A stretch of DNA of 64,000 nt from Haplodiscus bocki (taxonomy: Eukaryota): contig OZ296650.1 of the NCBI GenBank assembly GCA_965655095.1, positions 26,288,001 through 26,352,000 of the forward strand, written 5' to 3'. The number at the start of each line of letters is the position of its first letter. The stretch's first letter is position 1. A model generated the notes under the pieces. That model saw only the letters and a list, made by a program, of their open reading frames with translations. It searched no databases and was not told the origin of the DNA. Both the position numbers and the translations under genes were made by a program. This document shows positions 23,849 through 33,443 of the stretch, in pieces.

Positions 23849-26756
23849 CTACTCGAACCCCAGACTACTGAAACAAAGTTGAAACTCCTGACTTTCAATA
23901 CCCGAAGCCTACTGGACCTAAATCGTAGAACTGCACTTGCCAACAGCCTCGTAACCCAAAATTACGATCTAATATGCATCACTGAATCTTGGTTAACCTC
24001 AAACGTGCCAAACGCAGCCCCTTTCCTTAACAAATACCCGCTACACAGAAGAGACCGAACTACCAAAAACTTCAGAACAAAGCATGGTGGGGTGTTGATT
24101 GGAGTCAAGAATGAAATTCCACATGAGTGCCTGACAATAACTCACGTTAATGAAGACACTGTCACCGTCAAGATTGAGACTAGTAACCAAAACATACTTC
24201 TCGCCTGCATATACAACCCTCCATCACCAAGTAAATACAAATGGACTGAAAGCAAATGGGCAAACTTCTTTCACGAACTAAAGTCCATACAAGAAAATGC
24301 AAACTGTCATACCATCATTGTCACTGGCGACATTAACTTTAACACTACCGACTGGCAAAGTATGACCGCAAACACCGACTACGAACTTGTCTGTCTTGAC
24401 ATACTACTGGACCATGACTACACCGAAATGCTCAACAGAGGAGGCACATAACTCGACGTTCTTCTCTGCAACAATCCAGACACTGTATTTTCTACTGGAC
24501 GTGACCGCTGGCTAACAGCAAGATACAAAACGAACGAAACACTATGTTCAGATCACAGAACCTAGTGGAAAAATTTAGAGTGCACCACTCCTTCCGCAAA
24601 CAAACCTCCCAAAATCGTCTACGCCTTCAAAAAAGCTGACTTCAAGAAGTTAAATGACAGCATTAACGAAAACCCATTTACCCCCTTCTGTTACAGCAAC
24701 GTCGATCACCTTGTTCACTCTTGGTATGAATGGATCCGCAACCTTATTGACAAAAACATTCCGAGGATAACGAAACATCGTGCCACTCTCCCTCCTTGGA
24801 TCTCAAACGCTAAATCTCATCTACTCAAGCAGCTACAGACTCCTAATCGCCGCAAAAATCTTTACTCTGTCTCACACCAACTGAAGGTCAGACAAATGGA
24901 ACGGAAAATCAGCGCAGCCGCCGAGAAAGACTTAGAAGCTTTTGAAGCCGAGGTATTCGAAAGTCGAAGGTTTAGTGAAATTCAGCGATACCTGTCAAGA
25001 ATCCGGAACAAATCCCTAAATCTCAACACTGTCATATACAAATCTCAGACAGCTACATCAGATCAAGGCAAAGCTGAGCTTTTCAACAGCTTCTTCGCAA
25101 GCGTCTTTGGGTCTGAACATCAGATTGAAAGCATGGATACCTACGAAAGAGGCAACTTGAACACCTTAAGACTGACGGAACTCTCCCTCAAAGCCACTCT
25201 CAGCGGATTGGTAACCAGCAAAGCAAATGGACTGGACAACATTGGAAACATAGTCCTCAAAAAGTGCTCGGAGTCAATCTCTAAGTCACTTCTTCAACTG
25301 TACCAAACATCCCTGAACAAAGGTGTCTACCCGTCGCAATGGAAAGTGAGTCAAATTACTCCCATCCACAAAAGTGATAGCAAATCAGAAGTTACCTGCT
25401 ATCGCCCCATAAGCCTGTTATGTGCATGCTCGAAAGTTTACGAAAGATTAATATACGACCAGCTTTACCTGCACATCAAGGACCAACTCCATCCAAGTCA
25501 ATATGGATTCAGAAAAAACCGCTCCGTGACTGACCAAATGATATCTTTCCTCGACAAGCTCTACAATCTCAACGACGACCAGAAGACAAAAGAGCTTGCT
25601 GTTTTTTACACCGACTTCTCAAAAGCCTTCGACACGGTCCCGCATGCCCTTCTCGCCAAAAAGCTGCACACCATTGGCTTTGGCGGACACCTGATGAAGT
25701 TGCTTGTGTCGTATCTTCACAACCGCTATCAAAGAGTCAGAATTGGAAACAAACTCTCAACTGCAAAGAAAGCAACCAGTGGAGTCCCCCAAGGATCCAT
25801 CCTTGGTCCTCTGTTCTTTATTATCTTTGTTAACGATCTACCTGAAGCTATCGACAACAGCGCATCGTACGGCTTCGCAGACGACTTGAAAATTATCTCC
25901 ACGGAACAACAGCAACTAACAGAAAGCGCCGAAAGACTACAAACCTGGTGCCAAACGAACTCAATGATTCTGAACATCAAGAAAAGCTCGGTCGTAAAGG
26001 TAAAGGGCGATCTCAAAGTAATGCTGAACAATACAGAGTTAACTGAAGTTACATGCCAACGAGACTTGGGAATCATGGTCTCCAACAACCTCTCCTGGAC
26101 AACAAACTGCCAAGCTAGAACCTGCAAAGCACTGAACGCATTCTAAAACATCAAACGAAACGTCTCCAAATCATGCAGGACAAAAACGAAACTAAATGCA
26201 TATGTCGGATACGTCTTGCCCATACTGACATATTGCTAACAAACATGGGCTCCAAACACAACCCATTGCAAGTCTATTGAGAGAGTGCAAAAAAACAGCA
26301 ATGAGATGGATTGCTCCGACAGAATCGACATACAAAAAGCGATTGCTCCTGACCCACCTTCTTCCCGTCACTTTGTACTTTGAACTGCACGATCTACTTT
26401 ACCTGCTCAGAATGACCGACTGCTCGACAACTGAAAATCAAGAGAACGACAACAGCAAAACGACAAGATAGCACGCTCGAGGCGAACGGATCATTCCAAA
26501 ATACCGAATGCAAAAGACAAACGATAACTTCCCCTACAGAGCGAAAAAGCTACTTAATGCAGTTATCAACTCCCTCAGTAACACGACTCCCGATGAAATT
26601 CTCAAGCCAACAAAGTCCACCCTGTCAAATTTTTACTGGAGCTACTTCAAAGAGAAGTATGACGAATTCATTCCTTGCACCTGGCGTATCCTGTGCAGCT
26701 GTGGATACTGCAACACAAACGAGAAGCTGCGACTCACCGACGCCACAGAAGGGTGA
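23849..26756 (+). pseudogene. LINE ORF2: APE endonuclease and reverse transcriptase, with a few nonsense mutations and one frameshift near 26290
   Basis: TFNTRS, ITESWL, HGGVL, IYNPP, GDIN, SDH (APE); YRPISLL, QYGFR, DFSKAFD, GVPQGSILGP, FADD, RDLGI (RT); terminal CTWRILCSCGYC. Confidence 0.95.
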
Positions 26757-26821
26757 TAAACCCATGGGATGGACGACCCATGCCCAGAAGCCTACACTAC
26801 TACTACTACTACTACTACTAC

Positions 26822-29187
26822 TAGGTAGAATGGACGCTGGTTACACATCCTATGGCGCTAGTTACGAAAATATTCTTAGAGTGGCGCTAATTAAAACCAT
26901 AGGGGGTGAAAAACGAGGGGTCGTTTTTTTTAGGTTAATGACCTCCTATGTCTTTTGAAATTTGCATGGGGTGGGTTTTGGCCAAGCAGGGCCCGGTTTC
27001 ACCGGTTTCAAAGAAAAATTTTAGAGTTTTGATGCTGTTTTACCTCATTAAATGTTCGTGTAACAGACGCCTTTCTAAGAAGTTGATTTATATTTAGAAT
27101 AGCGCTTATTACGGTGTCATTTTTTAAACTTCTTTTAAACTTCATATTTTGAGTTGAATTGTGTCTAGAACGACCATGAAAGTGTGTTTCAAGATCAAGA
27201 TGTCCGAACAAATCGAAAGCACACCACTTCCACCACGTGGTGGAGCCGAAGACTTGACTTTTGGAGGTGACTGGGACGACCCTGAAATGGATGATGTCCT
27301 CACTCAAATTCAGGATATGTCTGTGTTAGAAAATGATGAATCAGTAAAATTTGACCCTAAGTGGCCACCAAGAGATTTTGCCAAAAGTTTGGTAGAGATC
27401 CCGCAAGATTCTTCTGCGAAAAAATCTCGGCATTGTACAGAAATTTTAAGAAGAAAATGAGAAAACGAAGTGTCTGGTTAGCAAGAGGCTTTTGAAGAGA
27501 AGATTTTCGAGCCTGGGAATCATCAAAACGTATGTTTTAGGATCAATTTGAACCATACGTTTGAGAAATTTTAGCTTTTCTCACACGCCTGTTGAAGCAA
27601 GGTGGATTTCGGCGATTTGTAGGACGCCCAAATGAGGCATTACCCAAACATATAACAATGATTATTTTACCTGCTTATACCAAAGATTGAAGGTGGTTTG
27701 ATCCCTAAATGTCAAGACGTGGACTTGGTGAGTGCATAGCGGGTGTTGTTGTTGACGCCTTTGTTGTAGAAAAAGCCACAGTTTTCGGAAAAAATAAAAC
27801 GATGTTTTTAGAATGGCGCTAATTAAGGTACCCATTCTTAACACCTTTCAAACTTTGTCAGAAGCAATATATTGTCAAAAATGACTCGCGTAGTGCCTTT
27901 ATGTTTTTTTTGAAAGAGTGTGTTGAACATAGAGACCTTGAACGTGGTACATTGGCTGCCAATTGGACAAAAAAATAGAGAAAAAGGCGAAAAAATTGGT
28001 TGAAAAACCAGTTTTTGTCACAAAATGGGCTCTAATTTCATTTTTTCTTATGAAGGACATGCTTTTCAATTTTCCTGAGGAGTGACAGTACAAAACAAGG
28101 TACTTTGGAAACACCAAAAGCAATTCTGAGGCAACTAGGCTCAAGACACGCGAAGAAAACGGACTCGACAGAAAGTCGGTTATATCAAGTTTAGCGCCTG
28201 CAAATGTCAAAAATCTGCTTTTTGAAGACAATTTGAAGAACTTTGAGACCTTGTCGGTGCACGGGGCGTCACTGGTTAGCCTTAAAACGTCACATAATTT
28301 GATGACTGACTGTTTTATGGAAAAAGAGTATATGGAAGGTATTAGGTGCAAAAGAGTCTCCGGGCTGTTTTTCTGTGAAATAATCAAAAAAACATTGAAA
28401 AATTGGTAATTTTACTCATAAATATGGCAGAGGATTATCAAGGAACAACAAAAATGTTTACAGAACGTTTTCTAAGGGTCTCCGGGAGCGAAAAAATGGA
28501 AGTAAAAAGTGTCCGAATAGGTGAAAAGTGGCAACTTTCTGATTAGTTTTTTTCGAATAGTTTCAAGTAGAAACTGAATTTTTATGGACGAGACCATCAA
28601 GATACTGCTAGAGACATGAGAGAAAACTAAAATTAGTGAGTTTTCGAATTAGCTACCTTTTTAAGGCTGTTTTTCGTGCAATTTTTTTGAATAAAAATCT
28701 GCCTATGTAAAATCCGCCATTCTAAGGTTGAACATGTAACCAACGCCATGTCGAATTACTACTACTCAGATTTTTCCTTGAGATAGAGTCAAATCAGTTC
28801 TGGGAAGATGCTAGAGGTGCCTTTAGACGTTGAGACGCACCCACATTGTTAATATGACTGACTCATACTTTATATAGTGCGATGATGAAATTGAATGTAA
28901 CCAGGGCCAATCTAAGATTTTGGGAGTAACCAGCGGCGATCTAAGCCAAAAAACACTTTTTTTCTAAAACCAGTTTTTTCAATTTTTTCAGAGGATACGA
29001 TATCCATTTTTTTGCTGATAGTTATAGTCTGTGAGCTGTAGTTTGTGAAACATAGGTTGAAAAATGCGTACCTTTTCAAAAACTCAAACATTTTGGAATG
29101 GCGCTGCTTACTCCCTAATTTTCAAAAGAGCTGGCGCTCGTTACGCTCAAAAAGCAAAACGGGTGTAACGAACGCCCGATCTAACTA
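26822..29187. mobile_element. Non-autonomous TIR element (~2.37 kb) inserted in the LINE (TAC)n tail
   Basis: Ends TAGGTAGAATGGACGCTGGTTACAC and reverse complement TAGTTAGATCGGGCGTTCGTTACAC (19/25 match); in-phase (TAC)n on both sides; recurrent GGCGCTNNTTA motif; no recognisable transposase. Confidence 0.75.

Positions 29188-29221
<34 letters not shown>
29188..29221 (+). repeat. (TAC)n microsatellite, distal half of the LINE tail
   Basis: About 11 TAC units, same unit and strand as 26797-26821; PLE sequence resumes immediately after. Confidence 0.9.
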
Positions 29222-29222
<1 letters not shown>

Positions 29223-29441
29223 TCGTTTTTAAAGCAACCGTTGGGTGGCACACGGAACAGAAGAAACCGGTGTCATCTTTGTGGATAACCATCGCTCCAA
29301 AAACTTCACACCTTGAATATTCTGTTGTAATCTGCAATATCTTCTTTCGTAGACTCGGTAACTCGGTAAACCTTCAACAGACCTCGTCTATGTAAGTCAT
29401 TCCAGAGTAGTCTTCTTGGTAATACTCCTCCCACGGTAAAA

Positions 29442-29625
29442 CGTCTGAATAAGAAAACGAGGGTAATGGTTAAAAGCTTTTCAATTTCATCAATCATCAT
29501 CAGTTACATATTGCATCTAAAACGCATTCACAAAAGATCAACAGAAAAGAGAAATTAGATAGAATATCTAAAACACAAGTAGAAAAAAAGTGATGATAGA
29601 TATCATCGAATGAAAAAGCACTTTT
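29442..29625 (-). repeat. PLE pseudo-LTR, 5' copy
   Basis: Direct repeat of 15580-15770. Confidence 0.85.
29466..29509 (-). ncRNA. Minimal type I hammerhead ribozyme motif (partly decayed)
   Basis: Minus strand ATGTAA-CTGATGA-T-GATT-GATGA-AATT-GAAA-AGCT-TT-TAACCAT: CUGAUGA and GAAA core, short stem II, palindromic helix III, imperfect stem I; lies inside a PLE terminal repeat. Confidence 0.65.
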
Positions 29626-30329
29626 TCACTGAGCTGTGGCGAGCAAAGGTGAACAACCCATTCAGAACACGCTAGGAAAAGATTGGCTTTTCTGGCCCGT
29701 TCACTTCAATGATTTCGTCCAAAAATCGATTTTAAGTTCTATAACATGGAAAAACGTTTTGGTATTTTGTCTCTGGAGTTACCGTTCAGAGCTACATTTT
29801 GCGTGCAAAAGCTTCGCTTGCTCAATCTGGATTCCTTGAAATGTGCCCTAGACGAAAGTCTTTTGGGGTGATTGGTTGTACCTTCCCATTTGGACTATAA
29901 ATCTCTGGACAGGTTCCGACGGCTAAGCCATGTCGATGGCGAACACATTTCTCAAAAAATAGCCTCAGAAACATCCACCCGGAAAGAGCAGAAAAGTGTT
30001 AAAATAGTGGTCATAACTGTGTCCTAGATATGCATTATTTGCAGACTTGGAGTGGAGTTGTTCTCCAGTCTTGTTTACAACAAGAGGGGCACAGCATGTA
30101 GCATATCAATGACCTGACCCTCGACCTTTTCTTTTTCAATGAGACATGAGAAAGCAAATTTCAGCCTTTTTCTTCACATATCATTTCTCTCATAGCTCAC
30201 GTCTATACAAACAAAGCACCATATATAAGTTACTCGACAAACCGATATGCACGGTGTCTTTTGAAAAAAATCCTTTAGTTGATTGTAATACGAACGGCAA
30301 GTGAGTAATTGTTTTCGTTTCAGTGCAAA

Positions 30330-33300
30330 ATGTGGAAAATTTTTCGTACTGTTGGTACTCTTGGGTCAAAAGGATGCTTCACCAGTAAGTTTCCGAAGTT
30401 GGCTTTCTTTCGCTCAAGAAGCAGCCATGAAAAGACCATTACTTCAGAGTTACCAAGGGGTTTTGAAGTTGTGGATTTGAAGGATGTTCCTGAGTATGAC
30501 ATGAGAATTTGGACTATTGCACACAATCGCACGGGTGCTTTGTTTTATCATTTCGATCGTGATGATAACCATTCAGCCTTTTCTGTACAATTCCGAACAG
30601 TTCCCAGAGACAGCACAGGGGTGGCTCATATTTTGGAGCATATGGTTTTATGTGGCTCAAAAAACTTCCCATGCTCTGAGCCCTTTTTCAAGATGTTGAC
30701 GCGTTCAATGGCTACTTTTATGAACGCAATGACAGGTCCTGATGTGACCTTATATCCCTTTTCAACACAAAACTTCAAAGATTTTGAGAATCTACTCAGA
30801 ATTTACCTTGACGCAGTTTTCTTTCCAAACTTGGAATATTTGGATTTCAGGCAAGAAGGTTGGCGTCTTGATGTTGCCAAAAACAATCAAAGTGGACAAC
30901 AAAACACTAAACGAGATCTTGTTCCAAAGCCAAAAGGATTGGAGGATATCGAGTTTCAAGGAGTCGTTTACAATGAAATGAAAGGAGCCATGAGCCAATT
31001 GCCTAGCCTTGTTGACAGACATGTTCGAGGGCTGCTCTTGCCTTCATTCACTTATTCGAACAATTATGGAGGTGAACCTATCAACATAATTGATCTAACT
31101 TATAAACAGCTACAGGAGTTTCATTCAACCTTCTATCACCCTTCAAATGCAAAATTTCTTCTTTACGGTAATTACCCTGTAAGCGATTGGTTGCAATTAA
31201 TTGATCAAAATGTGCTACAACATCACGACAAGAAGAACATAGACTCGTTTGTTCCTTCAGAAGCGAGGTGGTCTGAAGCCAAAACCGTAGTTTTGAAGTA
31301 CCAAGAACCAAGCGTCGAGCAAAGCAACCCAGAACTGTCGAGGAAGCAGTCAATTGTTTTGAGTTCTTTTCTAATTGGTGACATCACTGACATTTATTCT
31401 GTGTATTGTTGGAACATTTTATCGTACCTTCTGATTTCAGGACCATCTTCGCCGTTCCATAAAGGGTTGATTCAAAGTGGACTGGGAGGGGATTTTTCAC
31501 CGGCCACAGGCTTCGAAAGTGATGTGAAAGATTGCTACTTCTCCGTGGGTGCGCAGTTGGTAGATAATGAAAATACCAACGCTTTAATTGAAGCTATAGA
31601 TACTACAATAGATAAAGTGATTGTCGACGGTTTTCCAGAGGAAAGAATCAATTCTGTTCTGCATCAAATTGAGTTGAATTTGAAGCACCAGAAATCCAAT
31701 TTTGGATTGGATTTCGTGATGGGAACAACTTCTAAATTGAACCACGATTGCAATCTGGCTCAGTTTTATTCTGTGTCCGAGGTAATTGATAAGTTCAAAA
31801 CTGATATGACCAATGACCCAAAATTTCTGTCAAAGTTGATTGTATCAGGGCTGAGAAAAAACACTCATAGATTGAACCTGATCATGAAGCCTGACAAAGA
31901 ATATTCGCAACAGCAAAGAGATCGCGAAGTTCTTAAGCTCTCTGAAATTCTCGAATCTTTGGATCAAACTTCACGGAATGATATTTTCACAGAGAGCTCA
32001 AGTCTTCTTGAAAAACAAAACTTTATTCCCGATGCCAGTTGTTTGCCTCGTTTGGCCATTTCGGACATTGAACCCAAAATCCAAACATACCAATCAGAAT
32101 TGATCACGGGTCACAAATTGTGTCCACCAACATTGATAAATGTGCAGCCAACGAACGGAATCTGCTATTTCCATGCTCTGTTTTCAATCGATGCACTGAC
32201 TGAAGATGAAAAACAGTTTTTGCCCATCTTCGCTTCCGTCATAACACGTTTAGGAGCCGATGGCTTAAACTTCGAACAACTCCGAAATGAAATTGACAAC
32301 AATTCGGGCGGCTTTTCAGTTTCAGTCAATGTTTCTCCGCATCCGCAAAATCTGAATTTGTTTGAACAAACTCTGCAGATCTCTTCATATGCTTTAATTC
32401 CTAAAGTTCAAAGAATGTTTGAACTGTGGGGAAAGATTTTGACTAGGCCCGACTATGAAGCTAAAGAGTATCTTCAAGTTATGTTGAAAGAAAGGTCTCA
32501 GCGGCTTTTTGTTTCTCTAGAACATGCGGCTCATAGATATGCTATGCGAAGTGCTTCTTGTGCGCTCAGTGCGCCTTCTTATTATTCGGAAATTTACGCC
32601 GGAATGTCTCAAGTTCTCTTCAGCCGATACATCGCCAATGAACTTGACCTCGACAAGTATATGAACATCTTTCAAGGTATTCTGCGCAAAATTGCAAACG
32701 CTTCCAATTCAAGATGTTCTCTCAATTTACCCACTGGACAACAGGAACAGTGTTTAGACTCCATGTCGACACTTTTTGACTCTCTGAATCTTGAAAAACA
32801 AGCATTGCCTCGCGACAAGTTCCTTTTTGCGTGGCGCGATACACCTCTGGAGCAATTAGTTGCGAAATATCCTTTAAAAATGAGATTTAATTTCCCGTTT
32901 CAAGTATCCTATGCAGCTCGTAGTTTGCCAACAGCTGCTTACAGCCACGAAGACTCAGCTCGACTTGCTGTGTTGTCTAAACTTCTGAGTTGGAATTATT
33001 TGCATCAGGAGATTCGAGAAAAAGGAGGCGCTTATGGCGGAGGTAGCACTACCTCTAGCAATGGCAATCTCAGTTTCTTCTCCTACAGAGACCCAACTCC
33101 ATACTTGTCTCAAAAAACGTTTCTGAATTCACTGAACTGGTTGAGAAGCGCAAATATTGATCAACAAATGATAGACGGAGCGAAATTGAATGTGTTTCAA
33201 GAGAGTGATGCTCCTGTAGCACCAGGGTTGAAGAATTTGACGCACTTTTTGACCGGGTTCGACACTAAATTGAGACAAGCCAAGAGAGATCGAGTCTTTG

Positions 33301-33443
33301 CCGTCAACAGAGATGAAATTTTGGAAGTAGCTGACAAGTATTTCTCAGACGAGGTGCTGAAGAAGTCCAGAGCTACTGTAATTGGACCCGAGACTGAAGA
33401 AGCGATGAAATATAACTGGCCAGTTGTAAATACCGGGATGTAA
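30330..33443 (+). CDS. PITRM1: Presequence protease, mitochondrial (pitrilysin metallopeptidase 1, M16C), 1037 aa, single coding exon
   Basis: Uninterrupted ORF with GVAHILEHMVLCGS (HXXEH), FMNAMT, DFRQEGWRL, GVVYNEMKG, YHPSNA and LHQEIREKGGAYGG. The basic, acid-free N-terminus from ATG 30330 (MWKIFRTVG..FFRSRS) fits a mitochondrial targeting peptide. Confidence 0.96.
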   Translation: MWKIFRTVGTLGSKGCFTSKFPKLAFFRSRSSHEKTITSELPRGFEVVDLKDVPEYDMRIWTIAHNRTGALFYHFDRDDNHSAFSVQFRTVPRDSTGVAHILEHMVLCGSKNFPCSEPFFKMLTRSMATFMNAMTGPDVTLYPFSTQNFKDFENLLRIYLDAVFFPNLEYLDFRQEGWRLDVAKNNQSGQQNTKRDLVPKPKGLEDIEFQGVVYNEMKGAMSQLPSLVDRHVRGLLLPSFTYSNNYGGEPINIIDLTYKQLQEFHSTFYHPSNAKFLLYGNYPVSDWLQLIDQNVLQHHDKKNIDSFVPSEARWSEAKTVVLKYQEPSVEQSNPELSRKQSIVLSSFLIGDITDIYSVYCWNILSYLLISGPSSPFHKGLIQSGLGGDFSPATGFESDVKDCYFSVGAQLVDNENTNALIEAIDTTIDKVIVDGFPEERINSVLHQIELNLKHQKSNFGLDFVMGTTSKLNHDCNLAQFYSVSEVIDKFKTDMTNDPKFLSKLIVSGLRKNTHRLNLIMKPDKEYSQQQRDREVLKLSEILESLDQTSRNDIFTESSSLLEKQNFIPDASCLPRLAISDIEPKIQTYQSELITGHKLCPPTLINVQPTNGICYFHALFSIDALTEDEKQFLPIFASVITRLGADGLNFEQLRNEIDNNSGGFSVSVNVSPHPQNLNLFEQTLQISSYALIPKVQRMFELWGKILTRPDYEAKEYLQVMLKERSQRLFVSLEHAAHRYAMRSASCALSAPSYYSEIYAGMSQVLFSRYIANELDLDKYMNIFQGILRKIANASNSRCSLNLPTGQQEQCLDSMSTLFDSLNLEKQALPRDKFLFAWRDTPLEQLVAKYPLKMRFNFPFQVSYAARSLPTAAYSHEDSARLAVLSKLLSWNYLHQEIREKGGAYGGGSTTSSNGNLSFFSYRDPTPYLSQKTFLNSLNWLRSANIDQQMIDGAKLNVFQESDAPVAPGLKNLTHFLTGFDTKLRQAKRDRVFAVNRDEILEVADKYFSDEVLKKSRATVIGPETEEAMKYNWPVVNTGM

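Larger units (their letters stand above)
21770..26821 (+). mobile_element. Apparently full-length CR1-group non-LTR retrotransposon (LINE) with three ORFs; (CTA)n tail continues at 29188-29221
   Basis: Abrupt switch to A/C-rich composition; esterase ORF, PHD ORF1, APE-RT ORF2, short 3' UTR hairpin CATGGG-N8-CCCATG (26763-26782), then (CTA)n. 5' boundary approximate. Confidence 0.92.
15580..29630 (-). mobile_element. Penelope-like element (PLE) with direct terminal repeats, fragmented by nested insertions
   Basis: Four collinear minus-strand pieces: N-terminus (29222-29440, KFLERW..FRVPPNGCF; and 21589-~21760), RT (18440-19608), RT C-terminus + GIY-YIG (15800-16690). Flanked by ~190-bp direct repeats at 15580-15770 and 29442-29625. 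Confidence 0.8.

Noticed and set aside
23845-23871. ATGA stop-start translational coupling for ORF2
   Set aside because: The overlapping ATG opens only MTTRTPDY* in a different frame from the endonuclease.
26557-26958. ORF with a poly-Leu stretch (and poly-Thr ORF 29045-29395)
   Set aside because: Artefacts of translating the (CTA)n tail.
30309-30329. TTG start for PITRM1 given in the ORF track
   Set aside because: Eukaryotic gene; ATG at 30330 follows a splice-acceptor-like sequence and begins a plausible targeting peptide.
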